Assembly: GCA_040954595.2 (NCBI GenBank)
Contig: CM082590.2
Span: 6,386,001 to 6,450,000, forward strand
DNA from: Balanoglossus misakiensis
Lineage: Eukaryota; Animalia; Hemichordata
Direction: 5' to 3'
Length of the DNA stretch: 64,000 nt
Shown here one piece after another: positions 1 through 15,030 of the stretch. Under the pieces are notes generated by a model. It made no database searches. It had not been told where the DNA came from and worked only from the letters and a program-made list of their open reading frames with translations. The first letter of the stretch is position 1. The number at the start of each line of letters is the position of its first letter. A program made the translations under genes and the position numbers.

Positions 1-75
1 AATGTCAAAAAATGACAATATCACCAAATTTTTCGACTTTGCGAAATCTCTGAATTTCGTCGAAGTTTGAAAAAA

Positions 76-3000
76 CTCATGGGTTATGGCTCATGGAAAT
101 CATCAAAAATGACGATTTTTCGACTTTGGGAATTTTCAAAATTTGGCCATTTTTCACAAAAAATCATGGGTTAGCTCATGAAAATCATCAAAAGATGAAT
201 ATTTTTCAACTTTGGGAATTTTCAAAATTTGGCCATTTTTCACAAAAAATCATGGGTTATAGCTCATGAAAATCATCAAAAGATGAATATTTTTCAACTT
301 TGGGAATTTTCAAAATTTGGCCATTTTTCACAAAAAATCATGGGTTATAGCTCATGAAAATCATCAAAAAGTGACAATTTTTCGACTATGGGAATTTTCA
401 AAATTTGGCCATTTTTTCACAAAAAATCATGGGTTATAGCTCATGAAAATCATCAAAAAATCAATATTTTTCAACTTTGGGAATTTTCAAAATTTGGCCA
501 TTTTTCACAAAAAATCATGGGTTATAGCTCATGAAAATCATCAAAAAATGACAATTTTTCAACTTTGGGAATTTTCAAAATTTGGCCATTTTTCACAAAA
601 AATCATGGGTTATAGCTCATGAAAATCATCAAAAAATGACAATTTTTCAACTTTGGGAATTTTCAAAATTTGGCCATTTTTCACAAAAAATCATGGGTTA
701 TAGCTCATGAAAATCATCAAAAAATGACAATTTTTCGACTATGGGAATTTTCAAAATTTGGCCATTTTTCACAAAAAATCATGGGTTATAGCTCATGAAA
801 ATCATCAAAAGATGACTATTTTTCAACTTTGGGAATTTTCAAAATTTGGCCATTTTTCACAAAAAATCATGGATTATAGCTCATGAAAATCATCAAAAGA
901 TGAACATTTTTCGACTATGGGAATTTTCAAAATTTGGCCATTTTTCACAAAAAATCATGGGTTATAGCTCATGAAAATCATCAAAAAATGACAATTTTTC
1001 GACTATGGGAATTTTCAAAATTTGGCCATTTTTTCACAAAAAATCATGGGTTATAGCTCATGAAAATCATCAAAAAATCAATATTTTTCAACTTTGGGAA
1101 TTTTCAAAATTTGGCCATTTTTCACAAAAAATCATGGGTTATAGCTCATGAAAATCATCAAAAAAATGACAAATTTTTCGACTATGGGAATTTTCAAAAT
1201 TTGGCCATTTTTCACAAAAAATCATGGGTTATAGCTCATGAAAATCATCAAAAAATGACTATTTTTCAACTTTGGGAATTTTCAAAGTTTGGCCATTTTT
1301 CACAAAAAATCATGGGTTATAGCTCATGAAAATCATCAAAAAATGACAATTTTTCAACTTTGGGAATTTTCAAAATTTGGCCATTTTTCACAAAAAATCA
1401 TGGGTTATAGCTCATGAAAATCATCAAAAAATGACAATTTTTCGTCTATGGGAATGTTCAAAATTTGGCCATTTTTTCACAAAAAATCATGGGTTATAGC
1501 TCATGAAAATCATCAAAAGATGAATATTCTTCAACTTTGGGAATTTTCAAAATTTGGCCATTTTTCACAAAAAATCATGGGTTGTAGCTCATGAAAATCA
1601 TCAAAAGATGAATATTTTTCAACTTTGGGAATTTTCAAAATTTGGCCATTTTTCACAAAAAATCATGGGTTATAGCTCATGAAAATCATCAAAAGATGAA
1701 TATTTTTCAACTTTGGGAATTTTCAAAATTTGGCCATTTTTCACAAAAAATCATGGGTTATAGCTCATGAAAATCATCAAAAAGTGACAATTTTTCGACT
1801 ATGGGAATTTTCAAAATTTGGCCATTTTTTCACAAAAAATCATGGGTTATAGCTCATGAAAATCATCAAAAAATCAATATTTTTCAACTTTGGGAATTTT
1901 CAAAATTTGGCCATTTTTCACAAAAAATCATGGGTTATAGCTCATGAAAATCATCAAAAAATGACAATTTTTCAACTTTGGGAATTTTCAAAATTTGGCC
2001 ATTTTTCACAAAAAATCATGGGTTATAGCTCATGAAAATCATCAAAAAATGACAATTTTTCAACTTTGGGAATTTTCAAAATTTGGCCATTTTTCACAAA
2101 AAATCATGGGTTATAGCTCATGAAAATCATCAAAAAATGACAATTTTTCGACTATGGGAATTTTCAAAATTTGGCCATTTTTCACAAAAAATCATGGGTT
2201 ATAGCTCATGAAAATCATCAAAAGATGACTATTTTTCAACATTGGGAATTTTCAAAATTTGGCCATTTTTCACAAAAAATCATGGATTATAGCTCATGAA
2301 AATCATCAAAAGATGAACATTTTTCGACTATGGGAATTTTCAAAATTTGGCCATTTTTCACAAAAAATCATGGGTTATAGCTCATGAAAATCATCAAAAA
2401 ATGACAATTTTTCGACTATGGGAATTTTCAAAATTTGGCCATTTTTTCACAAAAAATCATGGGTTATAGCTCATGAAAATCATCAAAAAATCAATATTTT
2501 TCAACTTTGGGAATTTTCAAAATTTGGCCATTTTTCACAAAAAATCATGGGTTATAGCTCATGAAAATCATCAAAAAAATGACAAATTTTTCGACTATGG
2601 GAATTTTCAAAATTTGGCCATTTTTCACAAAAAATCATGGGTTATAGCTCATGAAAATCATCAAAAAATGACTATTTTTCAACTTTGGGAATTTTCAAAG
2701 TTTGGCCATTTTTCACAAAAAATCATGGGTTATAGCTCATGAAAATCATCAAAAAATGACAATTTTTCAACTTTGGGAATTTTCAAAATTTGGCCATTTT
2801 TCACAAAAAATCATGGGTTATAGCTCATGAAAATCATCAAAAAATGACAATTTTTCGTCTATGGGAATGTTCAAAATTTGGCCATTTTTTCACAAAAAAT
2901 CATGGGTTATAGCTCATGAAAATCATCAAAAGATGAATATTCTTCAACTTTGGGAATTTTCAAAATTTGGCCATTTTTCACAAAAAATCATGGGTTGTAG

Positions 3001-6000
3001 CTCATGAAAATCATCAAAAGATGAATATTTTTCAACTTTGGGAATTTTCAAAATTTGGCCATTTTTCACAAAAAATCATGGGTTATAGCTCATGAAAATC
3101 ATCAAAAAATGACAATTTTTCGACTATGGGAATTTTCAAAATTTGGCCATTTTTTCACAAAAAATCATGGGTTATAGCTCATGAAAATCATCAAAAAATG
3201 ACAATTTTTCAACTTTGGGAATTTTCAAAATTTGGCCATTTTTCACAAAAAATCATGGGTTATAGCTCATGAAAATCATCAAAAAATGACAATTTTTCGT
3301 CTATGGGAATGTTCAAAATTTGGCCATTTTTTCACAAAAAATCATGGGTTATAGCTCATGAAAATCATCAAAAGATGAATATTCTTCAACTTTGGGAATT
3401 TTCAAAATTTGGCCATTTTTCACAAAAAATCATGGGTTATAGCTCATGAAAATCATCAAAAAATGACAATTTTTCGACTATGGGAATGTTCAAAATTTGG
3501 CCATTTTTTCACAAAAAATCATGGGTTATAGCTCATGAAAATTATCAAAAAATCAATATTTTTCAACTTTGGGAATTTTCAAAATTTGGCCATTTTTCAC
3601 AAAAAATCATGGGTTATAGCTCATGAAAATCATCAAAAAATGACAATTTTTCAACTTTGGGAATTTTCAAAATTTGGCCATTTTTCACAAAAAATCATGG
3701 GTTATAGCTCATGAAAATCATCAAAAAATGACAATTTTTCGACTATGGGAATTTTCAAAATTTGGCCATTTTTTCACAAAAAATCATGGGTTATAGCTCA
3801 TGAAAATCATCAAAAAATCAATATTTTTCAACTTTGGGAATTTTCAAAATTTTGCCATTTTTCAAAAAAAATCATTGGTTATAGCTCATGAAAATCATCA
3901 AAAAATGACAATTTTTCAACTTTGGGAATTTTCAAAATTTGGCCATTTTTCACAAAAAATCATGGGTTATAGCTCATGAAAATCATCAAAAAATGACAAT
4001 TTTTCAACTTTGGGAATTTTCAAAATTTGGCCATTTTTCACAAAAAATCATGGGTTATAGCTCATGAAAATCATCAAAAAAATGACAATTTTTCGACTAT
4101 GGGAATTTTCAAACTTTGGCCATTTTTCACAAAAAATCATGGGTTATAGCTCATGAAAATCATCAAAAGATGAATATTCTTCAACTTTGGGAATTTTCAA
4201 AATTTGGCCATTTTTCACAAAAAATCATGGGTTATAGCTCATGAAAATCATCAAAAAATGACAATTTTTCAACTTTGGGAATTTTCAAAATTTGGCCATT
4301 TTTCACAACAAATCATGGGTTATAGCTCATGAAAATCATCAAAAAATGAATATTTTTCAACTTAGAGAATTTTCAAAATTTGGCCTTTTTTTACAAAAAA
4401 CCATGGGTTATAGCTCATGAAAATCATCAAAAAATGACAATTTTTCGACTATGGGAATTTTCAAAATTTGGCCATTTTTTCACAAAAAATCATGGGTTAT
4501 AGCTCATGAAAATTATCAAAAAATCAATATTTTTCAACTTTGGGAATTTTCAAAATTTGGCCATTTTTCACAAAAAATCATGGGTTATAGCTCATGAAAA
4601 TCATCAAAAAATGACAATTTTTCAACTTTGGGAATTTTCAAAATTTGGCCATTTTTCACAAAAAATCATGGGTTATAGCTCATGAAAATCATCAAAAAAT
4701 GACAATTTTTCGACTATGGGAATTTTCAAAATTTGGCCATTTTTTCTCAAAAAATCATGGGTTATAGCTCATGAAAATCATCAAAAAATGAATATTTTTC
4801 ATCTTTGGGAATTTTTAAAATTTGGCCATTTTTCACAAAAAATCATGGGTTATAGCTCATGTTAAATCATCAAAAAATGAATATTTTTCAACTTTGGGAA
4901 TTTTCAAAATTTGGCCATTTTTGACAAAAAATCATGGGTTATAGCTCATGAAAATCATCAAAAAATGACAATTTTTCGACTATGGGAATTTCAAAATTTG
5001 GCCATTTTTTCACAAAAAATCATGGGTTATAGCTCATGAAAATCATCAAAAAATCAATATTTTTCAACTTTGGGAATTTTCAAAATTTGGCCATTTTTCA
5101 CAAAAAATCATGGGTTATAGCTCATGAAAATCATCAAAAAATGACAATTTTTCAACTTTGGGAATTTTCAAAATTTGGCCATTTTTCACAAAAAATCATC
5201 GGTTATAGCTCATGAAAATCATCAAAAAATGAATATTTTTCAACTTTGGGAATTTTCAAAATTTGGCCTTTTTTCACAAAAAATCATGGGTTATAGCTCA
5301 TGAAAATCATCAAAAAATCAATATTTTTCAACTTTGGAAATTTTCAAAATTTGGCCATTTTTCACAAAAAATCATCGGTTATAGCTCATGAAAATCATGA
5401 AAAAATGAATATTTTTCAACTTTGGGAATTTTCAAAATTTGGCCTTTATTCACAAAAAATCATGGGTTATAGCTCATGAAAATCATCAAAAAATGAATAT
5501 TTTTCAACTTTGGGAATTTTCAAAATTTGGCCATTTTTCACAAAAAATCATGGGTTATAGCTCAGGAAAATCATCAAAAAATGACAATTTTTCGACTATG
5601 GGAATTTTCAAAATTTGGCCATTTTTCACAAAAAATCATGGGTTATAGCTCATGAAAATCATCAAAAAATCAATATTTTTCAACTTTGGGAATTTTCAAA
5701 ATTTGGCTATTTTTCACAAAAAATCATGGGTTATAGCTCATGAAAATCATCAAAAAATGACAATTTTTCAACTTTGGGAATTTTCAAAATTTGGCCATTT
5801 TTCACAAAAAATCATGGGTTATAGCTCATGAAAATCATCAAAAAATGAATATTTTTCAACTTTGGGAATTTTTAAAATTTGGCCATTTTTCACAAAAAAT
5901 CATGGGTTATAGCTCATGTTAAATCATCAAAAAATGAATATTTTTCAACTTTAGAAATTTTCAAAATTTGGCCATTTTTCACAAAAAATCATGGGTTATA

Positions 6001-9000
6001 GCTCATGAAACTCATCAAAAAATGATATTTTTCAACTTTGGGAATTTTCAAAATTTGGCCATTTTTGACAAAAAATCATGGGTTATAGCTCATGAAAATC
6101 ATCAAAAAATGACAATTTTTCAACTTTGGGAATTTTCAAAATTTGGCCATTTTTCACAAAAATTATGGTTTATAGCTCATGAAAATCATCAAAAAATGAC
6201 AATTTTTCAACTTTGGGAATTTTCAAAATTTGGCCATTTTTTACAAAAAATCATGGGTTATAGCTCATGAAAATCATCAAAAAATCATTATTTTTCAACT
6301 TTGGGAATTTTCAAAATTTGGCCATTTTTCACAAAAAATCATGGGTTATAGCTCATGAAAATCATCAAAAAAATGACAATTTTTCGACTATGGGAATTTT
6401 CAAAATTTGGCCATTTTTCACAAAAAATCATGGGTTATAGCTCATGAAAATCATCAAAAAATGAATATTTTTAAACTTTGGGAATTTTCAAAATTTGGCC
6501 ATTTTTCACAAAAAATCATGGGTTATAGCTCATGAAAATCATCAAAAAATGACAATTTTTCAACTTTGGGAATTTTCAAAATTTGGCCATTTTTCACAAA
6601 AAATCATGGGTTATAGCTCATGAAAATCATCAAAAAATGACAATTTTTCAACTTTGGGAATTTTCAAAATTTGGCCTTTTTTCACAAAAAATCATGGGTT
6701 ATAGCTCATGAAAATCATCAAAAAATCAATATTTTTCAACTTTGGGAATTTTCAAAATTTGGCCATTTTTCACAAAAAATCATGGGTTATAGCTCATGAA
6801 AATCATCAAAAAATGACAATTTTTCAACTTTGGGAATTTTCAAAATTTGGCCATTTTTCACAAAAAATCATCGGTTATAGCTCATGAAAATCATCAAAAA
6901 ATGAATATTTTTCAACTTTGGGAATTTTCAAAATTTGGCCTTTTTTCACAAAAAATCATGGGTTATAGCTCATGAAAATCATCAAAAAATCAATATTTTT
7001 CAACTTTGGGAATTTTCAAAATTTGGCCATTTTTCACAAAAAATCATCGGTTATAGCTCATGAAAATCATCAAAAAATCAATATTTTTCAACTTTGGGAA
7101 TTTTCAAAATTTGGCCTTTTTTCACAAAAAATCATGGGTTATAGCTCATGAAAATCATCAAAAAATGAATATTTTTCAACTTTGGGAATTTTCAAAATTT
7201 GGCCATTTTTCACAAAAAATCATGGGTTATAGCTCAGGAAAATCATCAAAAAATGACAATTTTTCGACTATGGGAATTTTCAAAATTTGGCCATTTTTCA
7301 CAAAAAATCATGGGTTATAGCTCATGAAAATCATCAAAAAATCAATATTTTTCAACTTTGGGAATTTTCAAAATTTGGCTATTTTTCACAAAAAATCATG
7401 GGTTATAGCTCATGAAAATCATCAAAAAATGAATATTTTTCAACTTTGGGAATTTTTAAAATTTGGCCATTTTTCACAAAAAATCATGGGTTATAGCTCA
7501 TGTTAAATCATCAAAAAATGAATATTTTTCAACTTTGGGAATTTTCAAAATTTGGCCATTTTTGACAAAAAATCATGGGTTATAGCTCATGAAAATCATC
7601 AAAAAATGACAATTTTTCGACTATGGGAATTTCAAAATTTGGCCATTTTTTCACAAAAAATCATGGGTTATAGCTCATGAAAATCATCAAAAAATCAATA
7701 TTTTTCAACTTTGGGAATTTTCAAAATTTGGCCATTTTTCACAAAAAATCATGGGTTATAGCTCATGAAAATCATCAAAAAATGACAATTTTTCAACTTT
7801 GGGAATTTTCAAAATTTGGCCATTTTTCACAAAAAATCATCGGTTATAGCTCATGAAAATCATCAAAAAATGAATATTTTTCAACTTTGGGAATTTTCAA
7901 AATTTGGCCTTTTTTCACAAAAAATCATGGGTTATAGCTCATGAAAATCATCAAAAAATCAATATTTTTCAACTTTGGGAATTTTCAAAATTTGGCCATT
8001 TTTCACAAAAAATCATCGGTTATAGCTCATGAAAATCATGAAAAAATGAATATTTTTCAACTTTGGGAATTTTCAAAATTTGGCCTTTTTTCACAAAAAA
8101 TCATGGGTTATAGCTCATGAAAATCATCAAAAATGAATATTTTTCAACTTTGGGAATTTTCAAAATTTGGCCATTTTTCACAAAAAATCATGGGTTATAG
8201 CTCAGGAAAATCATCAAAAAATGACAATTTTTCGACTATGGGAATTTTCAAAATTTGGCCATTTTTCACAAAAAATCATGGGTTATAGCTCATGAAAATC
8301 ATCAAAAAATCAATATTTTTCAACTTTGGGAATTTTCAAAATTTGGCTATTTTTCACAAAAAATCATGGGTTATAGCTCATGAAAATCATCAAAAAATGA
8401 CAATTTTTCAACTTTGGGAATTTTCAAAATTTGGCCATTTTTCACAAAAAATCATGGGTTATAGCTCATGAAAATCATCAAAAAATGAATATTTTTCAAC
8501 TTTGGGAATTTTTAAAATTTGGCCATTTTTCACAAAAAATCATGGGTTATAGCTCATGTTAAATCATCAAAAAATGAATATTTTTCAACTTTAGAAATTT
8601 TCAAAATTTGGCCATTTTTCACAAAAAATCATGGGTTATAGCTCATGAAACTCATCAAAAAATGATATTTTTCAACTTTGGGAATTTTCAAAATTTGGCC
8701 ATTTTTGACAAAAAATCATGGGTTATAGCTCATGAAAATCATCAAAAAATGACAATTTTTCAACTTTGGGAATTTTCAAAATTTGGCCATTTTTCACAAA
8801 AATTATGGTTTATAGCTCATGAAAATCATCAAAAAATGACAATTTTTCAACTTTGGGAATTTTCAAAATTTGGCCATTTTTTACAAAAAATCATGGGTTA
8901 TAGCTCATGAAAATCATCAAAAAATCAATATTTTTCAACTTTGGGAATTTTCAAAATTTGGCCATTTTTCACAAAAAATCATGGGTTATAGCTCATGAAA

Positions 9001-12000
9001 ATCATCAAAAAAATGACAATTTTTCGACTATGGGAATTTTCAAAATTTGGCCATTTTTCACAAAAAATCATGGGTTATAGCTCATGAAAATCATCAAAAA
9101 ATGAATATTTTTAAACTTTGGGAATTTTCAAAATTTGGCCATTTTTCACAAAAAATCATGGGTTATAGCTCATGAAAATCATCAAAAAATGACAATTTTT
9201 CAACTTTGGGAATTTTCAAAATTTGGCCATTTTTTACAAAAAATCATGGGTTATAGCTCATGAAAATCATCAAAAAATGACAATTTTTCAACTTTGGGAA
9301 TTTTCAAAATTTGGCCATTTTTCACAAAAAATCATGGGTTATAGCTCATGAAAATCATCAAAAAATGAATATTTTTCAACTTTGGGAATTTTCAAAATTT
9401 GGCCATTTTTGACAAAAAATCATGGGTTATAGCTCATGAAAATCATCAAAAAATGACAATTTTTCGACTATGGGAATTTCAAAATTTGGCCATTTTTTCA
9501 CAAAAAATCATGGGTTATAGCTCATGAAAATCATCAAAAAATCAATATTTTTCAACTTTGGGAATTTTCAAAATTTGGCCATTTTTCACAAAAAATCATG
9601 GGTTATAGCTCATGAAAATCATCAAAAAATGACAATTTTTCAACTTTGGGAATTTTCAAAATTTGGCCATTTTTCACAAAAAATCATCGGTTATAGCTCA
9701 TGAAAATCATCAAAAAATGACAATTTTTCAACTTTGGGAATTTTCAAAATTTGGCCATTTTTCACAAAAAATCATGGGTTATAGCTCATGAAAATCATCA
9801 AAAAATGAATATTTTTCAACTTTGGGAATTTTCAAAATTTGGCCATTTTTGACAAAAAATCATGGGTTATAGCTCATGAAAATCATCAAAAAATGACAAT
9901 TTTTCGACTATGGGAATTTCAAAATTTGGCCATTTTTTCACAAAAAATCATGGGTTATAGCTCATGAAAATCATCAAAAAATCAATATTTTTCAACTTTG
10001 GGAATTTTCAAAATTTGGCCATTTTTCACAAAAAATCATGGGTTATAGCTCATGAAAATCATCAAAAAATGACAATTTTTCAACTTTGGGAATTTTCAAA
10101 ATTTGGCCATTTTTCACAAAAAATCATCGGTTATAGCTCATGAAAATCATCAAAAAATGAATATTTTTCAACTTTGGGAATTTTCAAAATTTGGCCTTTT
10201 TTCACAAAAAATCATGGGTTATAGCTCATGAAAATCATCAAAAAATCAATATTTTTCAACTTTGGAAATTTTCAAAATTTGGCCATTTTTCACAAAAAAT
10301 CATCGGTTATAGCTCATGAAAATCATGAAAAAATGAATATTTTTCAACTTTGGGAATTTTCAAAATTTGGCCTTTATTCACAAAAAATCATGGGTTATAG
10401 CTCATGAAAATCATCAAAAAATGAATATTTTTCAACTTTGGGAATTTTCAAAATTTGGCCATTTTTCACAAAAAATCATGGGTTATAGCTCAGGAAAATC
10501 ATCAAAAAATGACAATTTTTCGACTATGGGAATTTTCAAAATTTGGCCATTTTTCACAAAAAATCATGGGTTATAGCTCATGAAAATCATCAAAAAATCA
10601 ATATTTTTCAACTTTGGGAATTTTCAAAATTTGGCTATTTTTCACAAAAAATCATGGGTTATAGCTCATGAAAATCATCAAAAAATGACAATTTTTCAAC
10701 TTTGGGAATTTTCAAAATTTGGCCATTTTTCACAAAAAATCATGGGTTATAGCTCATGAAAATCATCAAAAAATGAATATTTTTCAACTTTGGGAATTTT
10801 TAAAATTTGGCCATTTTTCACAAAAAATCATGGGTTATAGCTCATGTTAAATCATCAAAAAATGAATATTTTTCAACTTTAGAAATTTTCAAAATTTGGC
10901 CATTTTTCACAAAAAATCATGGGTTATAGCTCATGAAACTCATCAAAAAATGATATTTTTCAACTTTGGGAATTTTCAAAATTTGGCCATTTTTGACAAA
11001 AAATCATGGGTTATAGCTCATGAAAATCATCAAAAAATGACAATTTTTCAACTTTGGGAATTTTCAAAATTTGGCCATTTTTCACAAAAATTATGGTTTA
11101 TAGCTCATGAAAATCATCAAAAAATGACAATTTTTCAACTTTGGGAATTTTCAAAATTTGGCCATTTTTTACAAAAAATCATGGGTTATAGCTCATGAAA
11201 ATCATCAAAAAATCATTATTTTTCAACTTTGGGAATTTTCAAAATTTGGCCATTTTTCACAAAAAATCATGGGTTATAGCTCATGAAAATCATCAAAAAA
11301 ATGACAATTTTTCGACTATGGGAATTTTCAAAATTTGGCCATTTTTCACAAAAAATCATGGGTTATAGCTCATGAAAATCATCAAAAAATGAATATTTTT
11401 AAACTTTGGGAATTTTCAAAATTTGGCCATTTTTCACAAAAAATCATGGGTTATAGCTCATGAAAATCATCAAAAAATGACAATTTTTCAACTTTGGGAA
11501 TTTTCAAAATTTGGCCATTTTTCACAAAAAATCATGGGTTATAGCTCATGAAAATCATCAAAAAATGACAATTTTTCAACTTTGGGAATTTTCAAAATTT
11601 GGCCATTTTTCACAAAAAATCATGGGTTATAGCTCATGAAAATCATCAAAAAATGAATATTTTTCAACTTTGGGAATTTTCAAAATTTGGCCATTTTTCA
11701 CATAAAATCATGGGTTATAGCTCATGAAAATCATCAAAAGATGAATATTCTTCAACTTTGGGAATTTTCAAAATTTGGCCTTTTTTCACAAAAAATCATG
11801 GGTTATAGCTCACGAAAATCATCAAAAAATGACAATTTTTCGACTATGGGAATTTTCAAAATTTGGCCATTTTTCACAAAAAATCATGGGTTATAGCTCA
11901 TGAAAATCATCAAAAAATGAATATTTTTCAACTTTGGGAATTTTCAAAATTTGGCCATTTTTCACAAAAAATCATGGGTTATAGCTCAGGAAAATCATCA

Positions 12001-12278
12001 AAAAATGACAATTTTTCGACTATGGGAATTTTCAAAATTTGGCCATTTTTCACAAAAAATCATGGGTTATAGCTCATGAAAATCATCAAAAAATGACAAT
12101 TTTTCAACTTTGGGAATTTTCAAAATTTGGCCATTTTTCACAAAAATCATGGGTTATAGCTCATGAAAATCATCAAAAAATGAATATTTTTCAACTTTGG
12201 GAATTTTCAAAATTTGGCCATTTTTCACAATTTTTTTTCAAAATTTGGCCATTTTTCACAAAAAATCATGGGTTATAG
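76..12278 (+). repeat. 88-bp satellite DNA array (~139 monomers) with higher-order repeat structure
   Basis: Consensus monomer GCTCATGAAAATCATCAAAAAATGACAATTTTTCAACTTTGGGAATTTTCAAAATTTGGCCATTTTTCACAAAAAATCATGGGTTATA (88 nt), repeated head-to-tail. Bases 1-120 are a degenerate monomer. The array ends abruptly with a truncated unit at ~12230-12278. Diagnostic variants recur at 1413, 2640 and 2288 bp. Confidence 0.99.
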
Positions 12279-13649
12279 TATGTGCCCCCTCTAAATGTTT
12301 AAAAAAAACAGATGACCCCCACCCCCCCTTTTGGATCTTCAGTTGCTGTCATGCCCAGTCTTTGCTACAGTTGGCTGCTTCATTCATTCTAAGAATGATC
12401 TAATTTCAGGGATTTGTGGATGAATTGTAATGTTTATAAACAAACGCGGCGCGACCACCCTTTCCACACTATGATGATATCAGAAAAGTAATAGTAAATT
12501 TTTTTTGTAATAAAGCACAATCAGGCAAATTTCAATTTTCACCATAAAATTTGTTTTATTTCTGTCGTTCTATGATAACAAATTAAAAGGAATAAAATAA
12601 ATTTGCTTTATTTAACTGTGCTGTAAACACATAAGTACATGTACAAAATATGAAATATGTAAACATAAAAGACTTAACCGAAAAAGACTTGCTACAAAGA
12701 AAACCAATTTATGACTGACATAAAATATCCAAAGAAATCAGAATGTTTATATGTATATGGCATACATACAAACCTGTGTTAGTGGCCACCTCTATATAGT
12801 GGCCACTATGCTACAGTCCCTGAGCAATTTACATGTACACTCACTAACTGACCTGTCTATAAAGGCCACCAGTCTATGGCTGACTGACTTCTCAAGCCAA
12901 GACAAGCATTTTCTACTTGCACTGATGCGTTTTGCAAATGTTTACTGAAACAATTAACCTCTTGCACCCCCAGTTCTCTCCATAGAGGGGTCCAACCTTC
13001 TCATAGAAAACACTGGATTTGGACTGAACCATTGTGGTGAAAGGGTTCAACGTGGATGTTTTGGGGCCAAAGATATCATAGCAATTATGTATAAACCCTA
13101 TCACCACAATGGTTCAGCCCAAACCCATTGTTTTCTATGGTAAACCTGGACCTCAATACAGGGAACTGGGGTGGGGGGGGGGGTGAAGGGGTTAATTTTG
13201 GGGGTATGGCAGAGAAGTTTTGTGCGTTGACTTTCTTGCTTGGTGAATCAGTATGGTACGTTCCGAGTCCAAATCCCGTAAATTACAAGTTTCTTATAAT
13301 TGTCTGCATTCACTATACACTGTGAGAAACATTCATTCTGAAAACAAACCAGACAAAACAACGGCATTACCAAACAAAACAATACAAGGCCATAAGAAAA
13401 CATGCAAAGGTGATGCAAATTGAGCTACAGTTGCCATGGTAAATTGAGATCTAGCCAATCACAGATTGCTTTACAGATGCTTGATATTGGTGTATCCAAC
13501 TAATTTATTCATAGTACTTTTGAACTGGCAATCTTGTAGATTGTAGAGAACTGTGAAAATTTTTCAACTTTTGCTGATGCTAATCAAATTTAAATATTAG
13601 TGAAGGTAGGTTTATCTTAATTGAAGGATTATTAAATAATCAGCGGGTG

Positions 13650-13790
13650 AGACAGACATACAGATGGACAGACAATTACTCAGACACAGACATACACAGA
13701 GACAGATAGACAGACATACAGACATACACAGAGACATAGGCAGACAAATAGACAGATGAACAGTCAAACACACACACACACACTGACATA
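13650..13790 (+). repeat. Degenerate (CAGA)n/(CA)n microsatellite
   Basis: Direct reading. Confidence 0.8.
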
Positions 13791-14145
13791 CAAGAGTTAA
13801 ACACATTTTAATATGACATTTCAGAAAATTCAGAAAAGGGAAAAGATAGAAAATGAAAGAGTTGTATTTGAAAGATGAATAATTTGAAAATAACACAATT
13901 TACAACCAAACAGATAAACATCAATTTAAGATTTTATTTCCATTTTTTAACCACTGTGTACATTGTAATTTTTTCATGTTGTGAAGATAGCAAGAAAATT
14001 GTCAATAGACTTTGGTAAGAAGACCAGGAAAGGTTACACGTGAAGTGAGTTAGGAATCAATTCTGCATCAAATGTAGAAAATTTAACAAGTGAAGTTGTA
14101 AATTTCACATGTGCAAGTTACAGATTGTGTTTAATTCTGGTTACC

Positions 14146-14503
14146 TTAAAGGGACAAAGTCTCTCTCTCGCTGCCCTTTTTTCCATTAATTATGTTTGAT
14201 ACAAGACACCATTTATGTTATTCTACATGTGGATATATAGTGAATCAATGTTCAACCACACACAACTTCCATTCTACTTGTATGATATGAAAGTAAAAAT
14301 CTGGCCAAAATGAATAAATGGTAAACACTGATTATTCATTTTGGCGAGTTTTTCAATCTCGTGTTTACCAGTGGCATGGAAGTTGTGTGTGGTTGAACGT
14401 TGATTCCCAACATATATACATGTACATAAACATAAACAGTGTATTTCATCAAACATAATAAATGGAAAAAGGGCAGCAAGAGAGAGAGACTTTGTCTCTT
14501 TAA
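14146..14503. mobile_element. Palindromic ~355-bp MITE, TTAA-flanked with AGGG termini (Kolobok-type), family A
   Basis: TTAA-AGGGACAAAGTCTCTCTCTCGCTGCCCTTTTT...AAAAAGGGCAGCAAGAGAGAGAGACTTTGTCTCT-TTAA; long TIRs. Confidence 0.85.
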
Positions 14504-15030
14504 TGGATATCATACAAATAAAATCAACAAACACAATTTTTCCATATGTAATCAAATAATATAAAAATACAAAAATGTACATTTATGATTGTATCTTGTC
14601 TGATATTTTCAATTATACATAGCCTCAAGAAACTACAAATTTTAGCACATTTGACAAAACAAGAAAAATAACTCAAAACAACGACATGAGAAAACTGAAG
14701 CAAAGTGATATTGTTTTACAAATTTTACAAGTAAAAACAAATCCATCAAAATAATGTTACCTTCTCAAAATCTGACATCTCCATTAATCGAAAAACATAA
14801 AAAGTAGTGCGTGTACACCAACAATTTCTAGGTTACAACTTCCTCATTATAAGGTGGGGACCACTCAATGTTAATATTTTTTTTCATTTTTCCTGATTTT
14901 TCCTTATGTTGTGGATAAATGAATTTTAAAGCGCCATTAGCTGTAACTTTAAAATAAATAGACAACGGTATTTCAATCCTACTGTTTCAGTTTGAGGGTG
15001 TAAAGTATTGGAAAAAAATATGGGAAAAAA

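Noticed and set aside
76-12278. CRISPR-like regular repeat
   Set aside because: No unique spacers, no cas genes, and a eukaryotic context.
1060-12403. Repeated 60-100-aa ORFs (MKIIKKSIFF..., MAIFHKKSW...)
   Set aside because: Chance read-through of the 88-bp satellite; no coding signal.
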